64,000 nt of DNA, taken from contig CBFDEM010000056.1 of NCBI GenBank assembly GCA_965603825.1, positions 310,001 to 374,000 of the forward strand, written 5' to 3'. Below the pieces are notes generated by a model. That model was not told the origin of the DNA and searched no databases. It saw only the letters and a list, made by a program, of their open reading frames with translations. Each line of letters begins with the position of its first letter. Position 1 is the first letter of the stretch. The stretch is from Blepharisma stoltei ATCC 30299. Lineage: Eukaryota; Protista; Ciliophora. A program made the position numbers and the translations under genes. This document shows positions 12,581 to 23,695 of the stretch, in pieces.

Positions 12581-14077
12581 TTATTTACCCTTCTGTTCAT
12601 TAACTACGATCTCACTCGCCTGTCTGCTTAATTGAATTATCAATAATTCGAACTCATGAAAGTCAATGGCTCCATCTTTATTAATATCAACCTCATCAAT
12701 CATTTCTTTTCAGACTGTATCACTTACCTTCATCTCTCCTTGCAACACTTCTTTCAGCTCTGACGCCAAAATCAGCCCATCTCCGTCCAAATCGAACATA
12801 TTAAAAGCAATTTTCAGGCTGTTCGCGTTAGAGATTTCTTTCACTTCATAAGCAGATCTTAAGAACTCATTATAGTCAACAAAGCCACTGTGGTCTGAAT
12901 CCACATTTGAAATAACTTGATTTATATCAATGTTTATATCAGTATTTATGACTTGGTTTTTGAAAGACTCAATAAGCTCCTCTTTGCTCAGTTTGCCATC
13001 ACCATTTGTATCTAAAATCTTAAACACTTCAGCTAATTCTTTTTTTTGTTTGCTGGATATCAGCTGAGATGTAATATAAGTCCAAATAGCTTCTGCAAGC
13101 TTATTTTCATAATGATAAGAGCATAGATTATCTAATACCAAGCTGATTTTCAGTGAATCTTGCGACTCTGATCTTGTATTTACATTTATGAAACTATGAG
13201 AAAACGCTTCTGATGCTGAATATCTGTCTTTTTCCGGGACTAGTAAATGCCTGACTAAATCTTTTGCGCCCTCCGATGCGTGATTTCACCTCCCAATGCT
13301 CAAGCTGTATTCTCCTTTTTTAATTAAATTAATAGTATCTGCATTAGTTTGTCCTCTAAAAGGGAAACTGCTTGAAAAAAGGACATACATGATGACTCCA
13401 ATGCTCCAAAGGTCGCATTTTTCATTATAATTTTTATCAAAAACTTCAGGAGCTGTATAATATAAAGTCCCAAGGGACTCTGATAGCCTTTCATCAGGCT
13501 TTATTTTGATCGCAGTTCCAAAATCAATTATTTTTACACTTAAATCGTCCAAACTTTCCTCGAAAACGATGTTTTCTGGCTTTAAATCTCTATGTACAAT
13601 ATTCAGACTATGCAAGTAGCTGACTGCTGATAATAATTGTTTGAGAATAATTGCTGTTTGTTTTTCGGTAAAAATTTTATGCTCTACAATTTCGTGAAAA
13701 AGCTCGCCGCCTTTGCAATGTTCCATCACTATATAGAACTGGTCAAGGTCTTCAAAAAATTCATATACACTTACAATACTAGGATGGTCCAATAATTTTA
13801 AGACCTCGATTTCTTGGAGCAGAAGATCTTTATCTCCTGGAGAAAGCTTATTTTTATCAAAAATTTTTACTGCCCTCTGAGCATTACTCAAAATATGCCT
13901 ACAAAAATACACTTCCGCAAATGCCCCTGCCCCAAGAAATCTGCCCAATGCATAAACTTCATAAAACTCTTTAGAGTTGATTTTTACAAAAGTGCTTGGC
14001 TTTATAATTAAATCATGAACACTTGTTATTTCTTTTGATTTATTCCGATTATTTGTACAACCTACACTGCACCCCAT
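12581..14077 (-). CDS. Calcium-dependent protein kinase (kinase + 4 EF-hands), N-terminal MGC acylation motif
   Basis: GAGAFA, HRDLKPEN, DFG, APE; EF loops DTNGDGKLSKEE, DSDHSGFVDYNE, DLDGDGLILASE, DINKDGAIDFHE; TGA=W at 13286 and 12710. Confidence 0.93.
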
Positions 14078-14293
14078 GGTGACTTATTGATTTTTACATG
14101 AAAAATTAATAGGTTTTATGGCAGTAAAAAGAATGTTAATGATAATTTATGTTCTCAGAATATTGATATTCATAGCAGAAATAAGAGCCCAAAAAAAATT
14201 TAGGCCTGATTATTACATTTCTTCACACGACAGAAGGGTGAAACGCTAAATAATTACAGCCAAATAATGATAATTGTTTTTATTAATTATAAT

Positions 14294-14713
14294 TTATTCA
14301 TCAAACTCTCTTGCAAGCTGAACAATTTCTTGCATTGACCTTTCCCTTATCTTCCCTTTCATTTGTACACGAAATGCTGGTACCATTAATGATTTGATTT
14401 CCTGTCTTGATTTTAGCGGCTTGATTTGGAACTCAGACATTGGTTCGGTCCCTAGTATTTCATAGTCAATTACTTTGAGTTTTAGATTATTCATTGAAGC
14501 TATAACAGCCCATTTTTTGACACGAATGATGGTATTGGTAGCTATTTCGTCAAGACCTTCTGATTCAATGCTGTAAAATCCATCTGTAAGAGTGATCGGC
14601 TTTTTCTGGATGATCCGTAAGATCATTTGAGAGTTACTGTGCTCAAATGAGTTTTCATATCTTCGTAAGAAGTCAACAATGAATGCAAACATTGTCCCGC
14701 GCACCTCTTCCAT
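14294..14713 (-). CDS. Single OB-fold protein, TEBP-beta/TPP1-like (alternatively RPA70N-like)
   Basis: LRIIQKKPITLTDGFYSI...TIIRVKKWAV...LKLKVIDYEIL resembles the OB strands of spirotrich TEBP-beta (FLVTDGYFFV...VIVINNWSL...ARLIVHSF). Confidence 0.55.
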   Translation of the reverse strand: MEEVRGTMFAFIVDFLRRYENSFEHSNSQMILRIIQKKPITLTDGFYSIESEGLDEIATNTIIRVKKWAVIASMNNLKLKVIDYEILGTEPMSEFQIKPLKSRQEIKSLMVPAFRVQMKGKIRERSMQEIVQLAREFDE

Positions 14714-14827
14714 TTTATCAATAATTAATACTTCTATTGCATTTTATCTAATAAGATTAATAAATTTAGAATAGATAATTACAAAGATTTGAAATTTTAT
14801 TATTGAAATATTATCATATATCACACA

Positions 14828-16384
14828 TTAATATCCATCCCCCCTCGAACCAGTTGAGCTTCTCAGCGTTCGAAGTCCTTCAAATCCTTCTTGTATCCAT
14901 GGATGGAACGCAGCCTCCTGAGGAGTCATTCTAGTATCTGGATTCCAATCAATGCACCCTAACTAAATTTTACGCTCAATAAAATTCAAAAATTTCTTAT
15001 CGCTTGACATTGATTTTTCTTGTAAACTTCGAGTCCCAGGATATCTCTTTTTCCCTCTACTATTTGCAATTATTTTTGGGTTTAATTCGCTATCAAAAAA
15101 TAGCTCAGTCTTAGTAGCTTTTTTTAGTAAGGCTACTGGAGGGATTCCTTTGATTTCCATGATGCAGAGCAATTGCTCGTGCTCAGTTTCACCTGCAAAG
15201 AGAGGATACCCTGAGTGGAGTTCTGATAAGATACAGCCTAAAGATCACATATCAATTGCCATAGAATAGGGAAGCCCAAGAATTATTTCTGGGGCTCTGT
15301 AGAAGCGACTTTGTATATAAGTGTACAGTTTTTCATGCTCAAAACAAGAAGAGCCAAAATCAATTATTTTTATGCCAGATTTTGTAGGGTTTTTTAATAA
15401 AATATTTTCTGGCTTGAGGTCGCAATGGATTATTTTATGCTCTGATAGAAATGCTAATGAAGCTAACAGCTGTATAGCAAACCTTCTGACCAAAGACAAA
15501 GAAAACCCATTTGAGCCGTTGCTGCGCAAAAGTTCATATAAATTAATGCTAAGCAGCTCAAATGTTAAACAAATATGAGAACGAAAAACAAAATAATTCT
15601 GCATATGAACACAATGGGCATCTTCTTTGTCGTGGTACTTAATATGGTGTAATATTTTTATTTCTACTTTTCCTTGCCTATGGAACCTTTTCTCATTTCT
15701 GATAATTTTCAGCGCAACTTCTTGGTTGGTTTTATGATCTAAACACTTGCATACTTGCCCAAACGACCCTTTCCCTAAAATCTGTTTTATTTCAAATCTA
15801 TAAGCTACATGGTCACCAACAACTAGTTTATAGTCAGATCTTTCATCATCATAGCCATAATTGTTCGCATTTATATCAGGCTTAGTCTTGCTTGATTTAA
15901 ATCCAATGTAATAAATTTGTTCGAATTCTAAAATTTCTTCTTGCTCATACTTATTCATAAAATTTCCGAACTGCTTTAATGCCTCCTGAGGAGGTAACGG
16001 TAATTTTGACTGTTTTAGAACTTCATCTGGGTCAATCTTTTTCCGTAGCTTAAGCGTTCTTGGGCTCGGTTTTACTTGCATTGAATCATCCCTACTAAAA
16101 CTTGCCCTGCTTATTTTTCTGCTTGAATTGAGAGATTTATTCGTTGAAGACAAGCTGGAGTTAAATGAATTGTTATTATCAGGGAAAAAAATTTCGATCT
16201 TTCGCTTTGAAGAAGGGTTTTTAGAAGTGCTTGGAGCCTTTGGGGTATTAAATTGAAATGAAATGGAATTGTTTTTTGATTTTGTGCTCAGAGAAATCAA
16301 AGAATTCTTCTTGCTTGGTCTCCGTTTTTGAGTAGATGAGAATGTTCGAAGTCTTGTTACTTTTGGTTCTTCTGGTCTGCTCAT
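14828..16384 (-). CDS. DYRK2/3/4-type dual-specificity kinase with one 15-nt intron
   Basis: DH box NYGYDDERSDY, GKGSFG, HCDLKPEN, YTYIQSRFYRAPE; ID-M-TGA(W)-SLGC; splicing restores ERCIDWNPDTRMTP.EA..HPW. Confidence 0.93.
14959..14973 (-). other. 15-nt intron GTAAAATTTAGTTAG
   Basis: Removal restores conserved kinase subdomain XI. Confidence 0.92.
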
Positions 16385-16590
16385 TTTAACAAATTTGGAT
16401 AATAATTTTTGCTCAAAGATTTAGATGATTAATTTTAGATGAAGAAATTCAAAAAAGTTAAAGAGGAGTATAAGAAGATAGAATAAAAATTTCCTGGAGA
16501 TAAATTAAAACCATATTATTTAGGATAAAAAATACTTGCATAGGTTCGTTAAAAAATAATGAGGAAATAAAATATTAATAAAATATCATA

Positions 16591-17481
16591 ATGGATAATT
16601 CTAAATTTTTGAAGCTTTATGAAAATCTTGTAGCAATTGGATATCCTTTATCAAGTGATTCATGCAGCTCTATAGATGAAATTGAAAGAGAAATGACAAT
16701 TTTCCTGATTCCAGGCGAAGCGAGACTGCACATACAAGAATGGCTCATAGAAAAATATGAGCCTGGTATTCTTTCAGACTCAGACTTGAACTTATTGTCA
16801 GAAAATCAGTATCACCGTCTGCATTATGCTTATTTACAAATTGGCTTAGGAGCTCAATCTCTCGAAGTAATCCAAGGACAATGTGGGCATGATTCATCGA
16901 TTTCTTTATTGATAAACTTAGTTGAGCTTGTGAAATTTAGCTCAGCTGACCCAGTTTCTACTTTAAAAAACTCTGAATTATGCTTAAATTACATAACAGA
17001 GAATCTTCAAGATATTTTCAGTCAAGAATTAAAAATATTCCCTCCTACTTTTCCACAAAAATATTCCTCAAGCAGCAAAAATGCTTTGATCGACCTAGAC
17101 CAAACCATTCAGTACTGAGAAAACCATTTAGAGTCTTTAAAATCACAAACATCTCTATTAAACGTTGAAGTTTTCTATGAAGAACCCACAAAGCAGCAAG
17201 TAAAAGACCTCAAAGAAGAAATAGAAAAATTTTCAAAAGAAATAAAAGACTATAGGTCACTCTATGAACAAGAAATTCAGCAGGAATTAGCTCATAAATA
17301 CTATGGACTCGACCAGCAAGCTGTCTCTGCTATACAATCGGCACCTCATTTTTCGCCTTTACTAGGAATTGGGAAAAAGTCTTCTGACTGTAAAAAATCT
17401 CATGAAAAAGTTATGAAATTATTAGAGGACATTGAAAATATTTGGGGTATGCTAAATGTAATAAAAACTTCTTCACAATAG
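16591..17481 (+). CDS. Putative augmin/HAUS subunit 7 (AUG7-like)
   Basis: TGA 17116-17118=W extends the frame to TAG 17481; motifs L..IGYP, GEARLHIQEWL, EVIQG, LLINLVELV, IFSQELKIFP and YEQEI occur in the same order as in plant AUG7/HAUS7. Confidence 0.65.
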
Positions 17482-17559
17482 TAAACTCGTTATAATAATG
17501 CTAAAATTGCATATATGAATAAACATATTCCTGATGGTGAATAATAGTAACATATATAA

Positions 17560-18807
17560 ATGGAAGAAGGAAAGGAAATTTCCGAGCCAAAAGTGGAAAG
17601 CGAGGCTCACCAAGTAAGCGAAGGCACTGAAACTTCAGAAAAGAAAGAAGACATTGTGACTCCTTTCAATATAAGTGCTGGTGACACAGGAGTTGACTAT
17701 GACAAACTGGTAGCACAGTTTGGATGTCAATATGTAGTTCCTGAGCATGTTGCTCAATTCGAAGCTATCACAGGCCGCAAAGCTCACCACTTGCTAAGAA
17801 GAGGGATTTATTTTGCCCATAGAGATCTTGATATGATTTTAACTCGTGCAAGAGAAGGAAAACCCTGGTATCTATACACTGGCAGAGGGCCAAGCTCAGC
17901 CGCTCTTCATCTAGGCCACTTGATTCCTTTCATCTTCAATAAATGGCTCCAAGACGTGTTTGATGTCCCAATCTGCATACAAATTACTGATGATGAAAAA
18001 TACCTTTACCGACCTGAGCTAAGCTTTGATGACGTCCAAGGATTTGCAAGGGAAAACATCCGTGACATCATTGCATGTGGCTTTGATATTAATAAGACTT
18101 TTATTTTCAAAGACACTGACTATATAAAGCAGCTTTATCCAAACTTCATAAAAATGCAAAAACATATCACTCTTAATCAAATTTTTGGGTGCTTTGGCTT
18201 TGATGGCAGCGATAATGTAGGGAAATTTGCTTATCCGCCTCTGCAGGCAGTCCCAGCCTTTTCTAACTCTTTCCCTCATCTTTTTGGGACTAGGACTGAC
18301 ATCCCTTGCTTGATTCCAGAAGCAATAGACCAGGATCCTTATTTCAGAATGACCAGAGATGTCGCGCCAAGAATTCAGTATTTAAAGCCAGCGGTTCTCC
18401 ATGCGAAATTTTTCCCAGCATTGCAAGGGTTGAATACTAAAATGAGCGCAAGTGATGAGAACTCAGCTATTTATTTGACCGATACCCCTGATATGATTGA
18501 AAAGAAGATTAAAAGCTATGCTTTTTCAGGTGGTGGGAGGTCATTAAAAGAACATAGAGAAAAAGGAGCTAATTTGAGCGTAGATGTACCGTTCCAGTAC
18601 TTGTCTTTCTTCATGGAAGATGATGAAAGACTTGAAGAAATTAGAGTAAAATATGGAAGCGGAGAAATGCTGACTAGCGAAGTGAAAAAAGATTTAATTA
18701 CTCTATTGCAAAATCTTGTTGCAGAACATCAAAGAAAAAGAGCTGAAGTAACGGATGAAATCATTGATGAGTTCATGAGACCTAGACCTCTAAATATAAG
18801 GCTATAG
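17560..18807 (+). CDS. WARS: Cytoplasmic tryptophanyl-tRNA synthetase
   Basis: YLYTGRGPSS..LHLGH (HIGH), TDDEK, AIDQDPYFR, KMSAS (KMSKS), AFSGG. Confidence 0.97.
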   Translation: MEEGKEISEPKVESEAHQVSEGTETSEKKEDIVTPFNISAGDTGVDYDKLVAQFGCQYVVPEHVAQFEAITGRKAHHLLRRGIYFAHRDLDMILTRAREGKPWYLYTGRGPSSAALHLGHLIPFIFNKWLQDVFDVPICIQITDDEKYLYRPELSFDDVQGFARENIRDIIACGFDINKTFIFKDTDYIKQLYPNFIKMQKHITLNQIFGCFGFDGSDNVGKFAYPPLQAVPAFSNSFPHLFGTRTDIPCLIPEAIDQDPYFRMTRDVAPRIQYLKPAVLHAKFFPALQGLNTKMSASDENSAIYLTDTPDMIEKKIKSYAFSGGGRSLKEHREKGANLSVDVPFQYLSFFMEDDERLEEIRVKYGSGEMLTSEVKKDLITLLQNLVAEHQRKRAEVTDEIIDEFMRPRPLNIRL

Positions 18808-18888
18808 TTTATTAAATAGTTAGCTAAGGGATAAATAAAATGTTTTAATGAAAAATTCAATATATATTCAAGATGAGATTATGATTTT

Positions 18889-19250
18889 CTTATAATTACA
18901 ATTGCAGCATTTTTATGAGTGATGCTTTTAGTGAAGCTTATCTCCTTGATTAGATTACTTTTAGAAAATAAAAAAAATTAGAGAAAATTGTATTATATTT
19001 TAGATGATGCAGGTGCTCACAAGACAAATGAAAATAATAACTTATACAAGAAACTTATAATAAATATTGTTTTTAATTCGCAATACACTCATCAATTTAC
19101 ATTTGCTGAGATGATAAAGTTAAGTTTCATATGTTAGAAGTAGTAAGATTTCAGAAGTTAAATATGGATATTGATTTGATCCAAGAAAATTTAAATGTAA
19201 GCAGCATAATAGAAAACATATTGAAAAACTATATTATGAAATGCAGTTAA
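18889..19250 (+). mobile_element. Decayed Tc1/IS630 (DDE_3) transposase fragment
   Basis: Translation IITIAAF...*RKLYYILDDAGAHK...IVFNSQYTHQFTFAE; D (19003) and E (19108) are separated by 34 residues; in-frame TAG stops; no start codon or TIRs seen. Confidence 0.65.
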
Positions 19251-19825
19251 TATGATCGATTTGGACAATTAATTAACTTTTCTATTGGCACAATAATCCT
19301 AAAAAATAATTTTAATTTAAAATGAACTTTAGGGCGTTCGAAGATATTTATTAGCTGCGATAGTGCTATGATATGTCTCAAAATAAGCTGGATTCTTGGC
19401 ATTACAACACAATTCTCTCCTTGACATGCAGTTCAAATCGTTTTTATGATCTATAGGAAAAGCAATTTTTTACAATTTGATAAATTCAATTACACCCTCT
19501 AAATCGGAAAAGGATTTTTATTCGAATTTTAAAATAGAGGAGTCAGAGAAAGCTCATATGATTATTTAGGAATCATTGGAGAGTTGTTGAATTAAAAGAG
19601 AAGATTAAAGTAAAACAAAAATAATTTAATTCCAATTCTAAAATAAAAGCGAATAGCTATGCATATTAAGCATCTCTCTAGCTATTATTCATAAATTATA
19701 CAATAAGCAAAGAGAAATTCAGATTTATCAATAGTCTTGCAAACTAAAACAATGCATAAAGAGTATATGAAAGAAGTGATAGCAATTAATTTGATTATTA
19801 GATGCAAATAGATTAACCAGATTGA

Positions 19826-20113
19826 TTAATGAGATTTTAACGCATCATAAGGCTTTAATAAAGGATCTGCTATCATCTTGCTCCTTGATTCAACCTGCCT
19901 GTCATTGAGATCCTCTAGCTCGCAAATATATTCCAATGCTAATCTTCTATACCAATCATAGTAAACCATTGTTACTCCTCCCATTAGCATTATGGTTGGA
20001 TAATGGTATGCTTCTGCTTAGAATTTACTGTAAAGATAAGGCTTCCGAATCGCTTTGTTATATAAAAGCTTAGCAAAAAAGGCACTGCTTGCACCAAGTC
20101 AGAATAAACCCAT
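19826..20113 (-). CDS. Small membrane protein, NDUFC2/B14.5b-like complex I subunit (90 aa, one intron; absent from ORF track)
   Basis: MGLFWLGASSAFFAKLLYNKAIRKPYLYKAYHYPTIMLMGGVTMVYYDWYRRLALE...; needs TGA=W plus intron 20014-20028; two hydrophobic segments around N..IRKPY as in plant B14.5b. Confidence 0.65.
20014..20028 (-). other. 15-nt intron GTAAATTCTAAGCAG
   Basis: GT..AG, A at -6, removes in-frame TAA. Confidence 0.8.
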
Positions 20114-20339
20114 TTATAAACTAGAATTTTAATATGAAGGATTGGATTAATTTTTGATTTAAAAGAAATAGAAATTTTAGAATTTTTTACTTATTTAGAT
20201 TTTAGATCAAATATAATAGTTTTTGTTGAGATTAAATATTGATCAATAACAAAATAAGTTTAAAACTTTTTATTTCTTAAAATGGCTAGTAAGTTTGAAT
20301 CAAATATTTAATATGATACTGATTATCCGATAAAAAAAG

Positions 20340-20570
20340 TTAAAATATTATGCAAGGGCATTTCAAGCAACGATACTGAGAAATGTTATCATATCTACTG
20401 ATGCTAGACTTATCTAGAGGAATATCTTTTATGCTTATGCATGATGACTGCTCACTATAAAATGTTAGCTCGTTTTCATAGCAGCCTGAATTGTCTATGT
20501 TCTGGCTTTCTCGGCATCCTATTGATAAAATTCCACTGCTTTCTATGCTTGCACGGCTTTGTTCTGTCAT
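20340..20570 (-). CDS. Small Ser-rich protein ending in a CaaX box (CLKCPCIIF)
   Basis: 76-aa ATG..TAA ORF, more GC-rich than its flanks, terminal CIIF. Confidence 0.55.
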   Translation of the reverse strand: MTEQSRASIESSGILSIGCRESQNIDNSGCYENELTFYSEQSSCISIKDIPLDKSSISRYDNISQYRCLKCPCIIF

Positions 20571-21543
20571 ATTTTTTTATTCTAGTAAAAAAATAGATTT
20601 CTATGAATAGCCGTTCTTTCTGCTTACAGAATTTGTTTATTAAATATCAATAGATTAAATTAGAAACTTACCCATCAGCAATTTTTAAAAAAAGTTTTGA
20701 TAGGTTTATAGCTTGAAAGATTTTTAAAATATCTTTCTCAGTCCATCAATTTTTGACACTATCAAAAATGCTTCATTTTTATTATGAATTTGTCTCTAAT
20801 CTGAAAATTTCTATTCTTCTGCTTTGATTCTAAATTTTTTTCAGTTTAGAAGTTAATAGAACCTGAAATTATTTAATATCAATAATTGGCAATAATGCAA
20901 ATAAAAGCAATTTCTTTATATCAATGCTTTGGATATTTAGACTTTCGGTCAATAATAATTTGCGAATCAAAAACAAACTAAGAGAAAAAGTAGAGGTCTT
21001 CACAACTTTTTTTATGAATAAACAAATTTTAGCAATTATTGAAAAACCTTAGAAACCGTCTTTTAAGAAGGACCTGCAATTTCTTAAGCTTTAATGCTTT
21101 CTAAAATAAATAATTTTAGAAATCCGCTCATTTCAAAATATTTTTGTTAATATAATAATTTTAGGTGTAACAGAAATCAGGGAAAAATAAAGCTGATGCT
21201 TTGCAGTTTTATTCAATCAAACTCAGCCTAATCTTTAGCAAAAATAATGCAAGAGTCCAGTTTTTCTTATAGAAATTTGAAAAATTTATAACGAAAAACA
21301 AAAAATCGGTAATGCTCTGATAAAATTAATGAGATATGCCCTTTTGAGAAGTAATAAATATTTTTGGGTACTTTTTTAAAGCCTTTTTTGATCTTTTGCA
21401 GATATTTTCAAGTATATGCAGCTCTTTACATTTTATTATTCCTTATTTTGCTTTTTGATTTTTGATTTTTTAGTATAAGAAAATAATCTTTTTTTAGCTA
21501 CTATTTGCATAATATTTTTTCAACATAAATTATAAATAGGATT

Positions 21544-22716
21544 ATGGACTTGCTCAGGTCGCTTGTATCAGGCAAAAAGAAAAGGCTAAAAGAAAAAGGC
21601 TTCAATCTTGACTTAACTTATATAACCCCAAGAATCGTCGCAATGTCAATTCCAGGAGAAGGCGTCCATAAGCTTTATCGGAATTCTCTTAGTTCTGTTT
21701 CAAAATATCTCAATGAAAGACATGGGGGTAAATATCGAATTCTAAATTTAAGCGGAATTTCATATGATTATTCAAAATTTTCTGATAGTGTAAAAGAGTT
21801 TGCTTGGCTTGATCACTATCCGCCTCCTATAGAGCTTTTATTTAAAGCATGCAGAGATATTCATACATGATTAAGTTTCAATATAAACAACGTAGTTGTT
21901 ATTCACTGCAAGGCTGGGAAAGGAAGAACTGGCACGTTAATTTGCTGCTACTTAATATTTTCTGGAAGAATTCCAGACCCAAATCAAGCTTTGATATATT
22001 ATAAGAGAAAAAGATTTACAAGTGGAGGTGGGGTCACTCATCCTTCTCAACAACGATATATTCATTATTTTGATAAAATTTTTAAAGGGGAAATAAAAAG
22101 TCCTTTAGTTACCCGATTAACGAGAGTTCAGATGAAAACTGCTCCACATTTTAACGGGAATTCTTCAAGGCCTTATATCGAAATTTATCAAAAACATGGT
22201 TTAATTTATATAAATAAAGAAGAGAACAGAGTCAACCAAGTTGCTCTTCAAGACTCATGAGAAAATATCGAGATCCACGATCTTGCAGTCATTAATAATG
22301 GTCTATGCCTCCAAGGAGATGTTCTTTGCAAACTAATGCATTGAAGTTTATGAGGGTCCTATAAAATATGCCGTCTCTCCTTCAACACTGCTTTTATACC
22401 AAATGATGAAGCTTTGATTTTCAAAAAAATTGACCTTGATCCTGACATTTTTGTGAAAAGCACCAAAGTGAGCAATGACTTTGAAGTCATTTTTACTTTC
22501 CAAAAGCTTTGTCAATGCACTTCAGATATGGATTTAAGCGATAGGTGCTTAGATTGTCAAGAAGTGATGACTGATGAAGAAAAAGAAAAATGAGAAACTA
22601 TTAGAAGCGTTCTGAACGAACGAGAAGATGCAGATCCAGCACAGCTGCTGTTTGGAGATCGGCATGCCGATGATGTAGATAATATAGTAATGAATAATAA
22701 TGAACCAGTTGAGTAA
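21544..22716 (+). CDS. PTEN: PTEN-family phosphoinositide phosphatase (phosphatase + C2)
   Basis: LVSGKKKRL...LDLTYITPRIVAM, DHYPP, HCKAGKGRTG, GVTHPSQQRY, FNTAFI, DLDPD; five TGA=W. Confidence 0.92.
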
Positions 22717-22753
22717 TAAGCTTTAAATAGAAAATGTAAGAAATTTTAATAAT

Positions 22754-23695
22754 ATGAGCTCATCTGATGGTGAAGAAGAAGAAAGTAAAGACACAATAAT
22801 TCCACTTGAAAATGTTTATTCTCTAGTTCAAGACAGTCAATCTCTTGAGCCATTGCTTTGACAACAGTTTTATGATAGATTAGAATGATTCGGTGAGATT
22901 CCGATAGTAAGTTCTGGTGCTTCAGGGCTAGTTATTGTAGCACTTCATGGTGCTGGAGGATCCTCAATGACATTTGCTATAATAGCCAAGCTATTGCGTG
23001 AAAATTACCACTTTTTTTCTTTTGATTTCGGCTGTCATGGGATAAATAGGAAAACTGATGAAGAAAAGTTAGATGTAGACTCATTGGTAAATGAAGCTTT
23101 ATCTGTACTTAATTATATTCGACAGCAGAACCCTGATTCAAAAATCATAATTATAGGCCACAGCATGGGTGGTGCTATTGCTTCGAAAGCAGCGTTATTA
23201 TATCAAGCCCAAGGATATAAAGTTTCTGGGATAATTCTTATTGATATGGTCGAAGGAAGAGCTTTTGAAGCTTTTTCAAATAATGAAGCAAGGATTAATA
23301 GAATGCCTAAGTCGTTTGATTTAATAAAAGATGCTGTATTGTGGTCATTGGAATCTCAAGTATTAAAAAATGTTGAGAGTGCAAGAATATCGATACCTTC
23401 ACAATTAATTGAAATAAATGGAAAATGAGAATGAAAAGTTGATCTATTGAAAACTAGGAAATTTTGAGAAGGGTGGTTCAGTGGCATGAATGGAGCTTGC
23501 TTAGCAGTTGATGCACCGAAATTACTTATTATGAGCAATTCTGATAGATTGGATGATCAAATGACCTATGCTTGGCACCAAGGAAAAATTAAGCATAGGA
23601 TAATTAATTATGTAGGGCACTGGATTCATGAAGACTCACCTATAAAATTTGTAGAGGAATTGGATAGATTCTTTTCGATGTTTAAGTTTAAATAG
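22754..23695 (+). CDS. PPME1: Protein phosphatase methylesterase 1 (alpha/beta hydrolase)
   Basis: LHGAG, GHSMGG, IDMVEG, NVESARISIPSQL, W.W..DL..T..FWEGWF, DRLD, GHWIHEDSP; TGA=W joins the fragments. Confidence 0.88.

Noticed and set aside
20600-21540. Long AT-rich gap as a retained IES or ncRNA locus
   Set aside because: No TIRs, telomeric repeats, tRNA boxes or structure recognisable by eye; needs MAC/MIC read comparison
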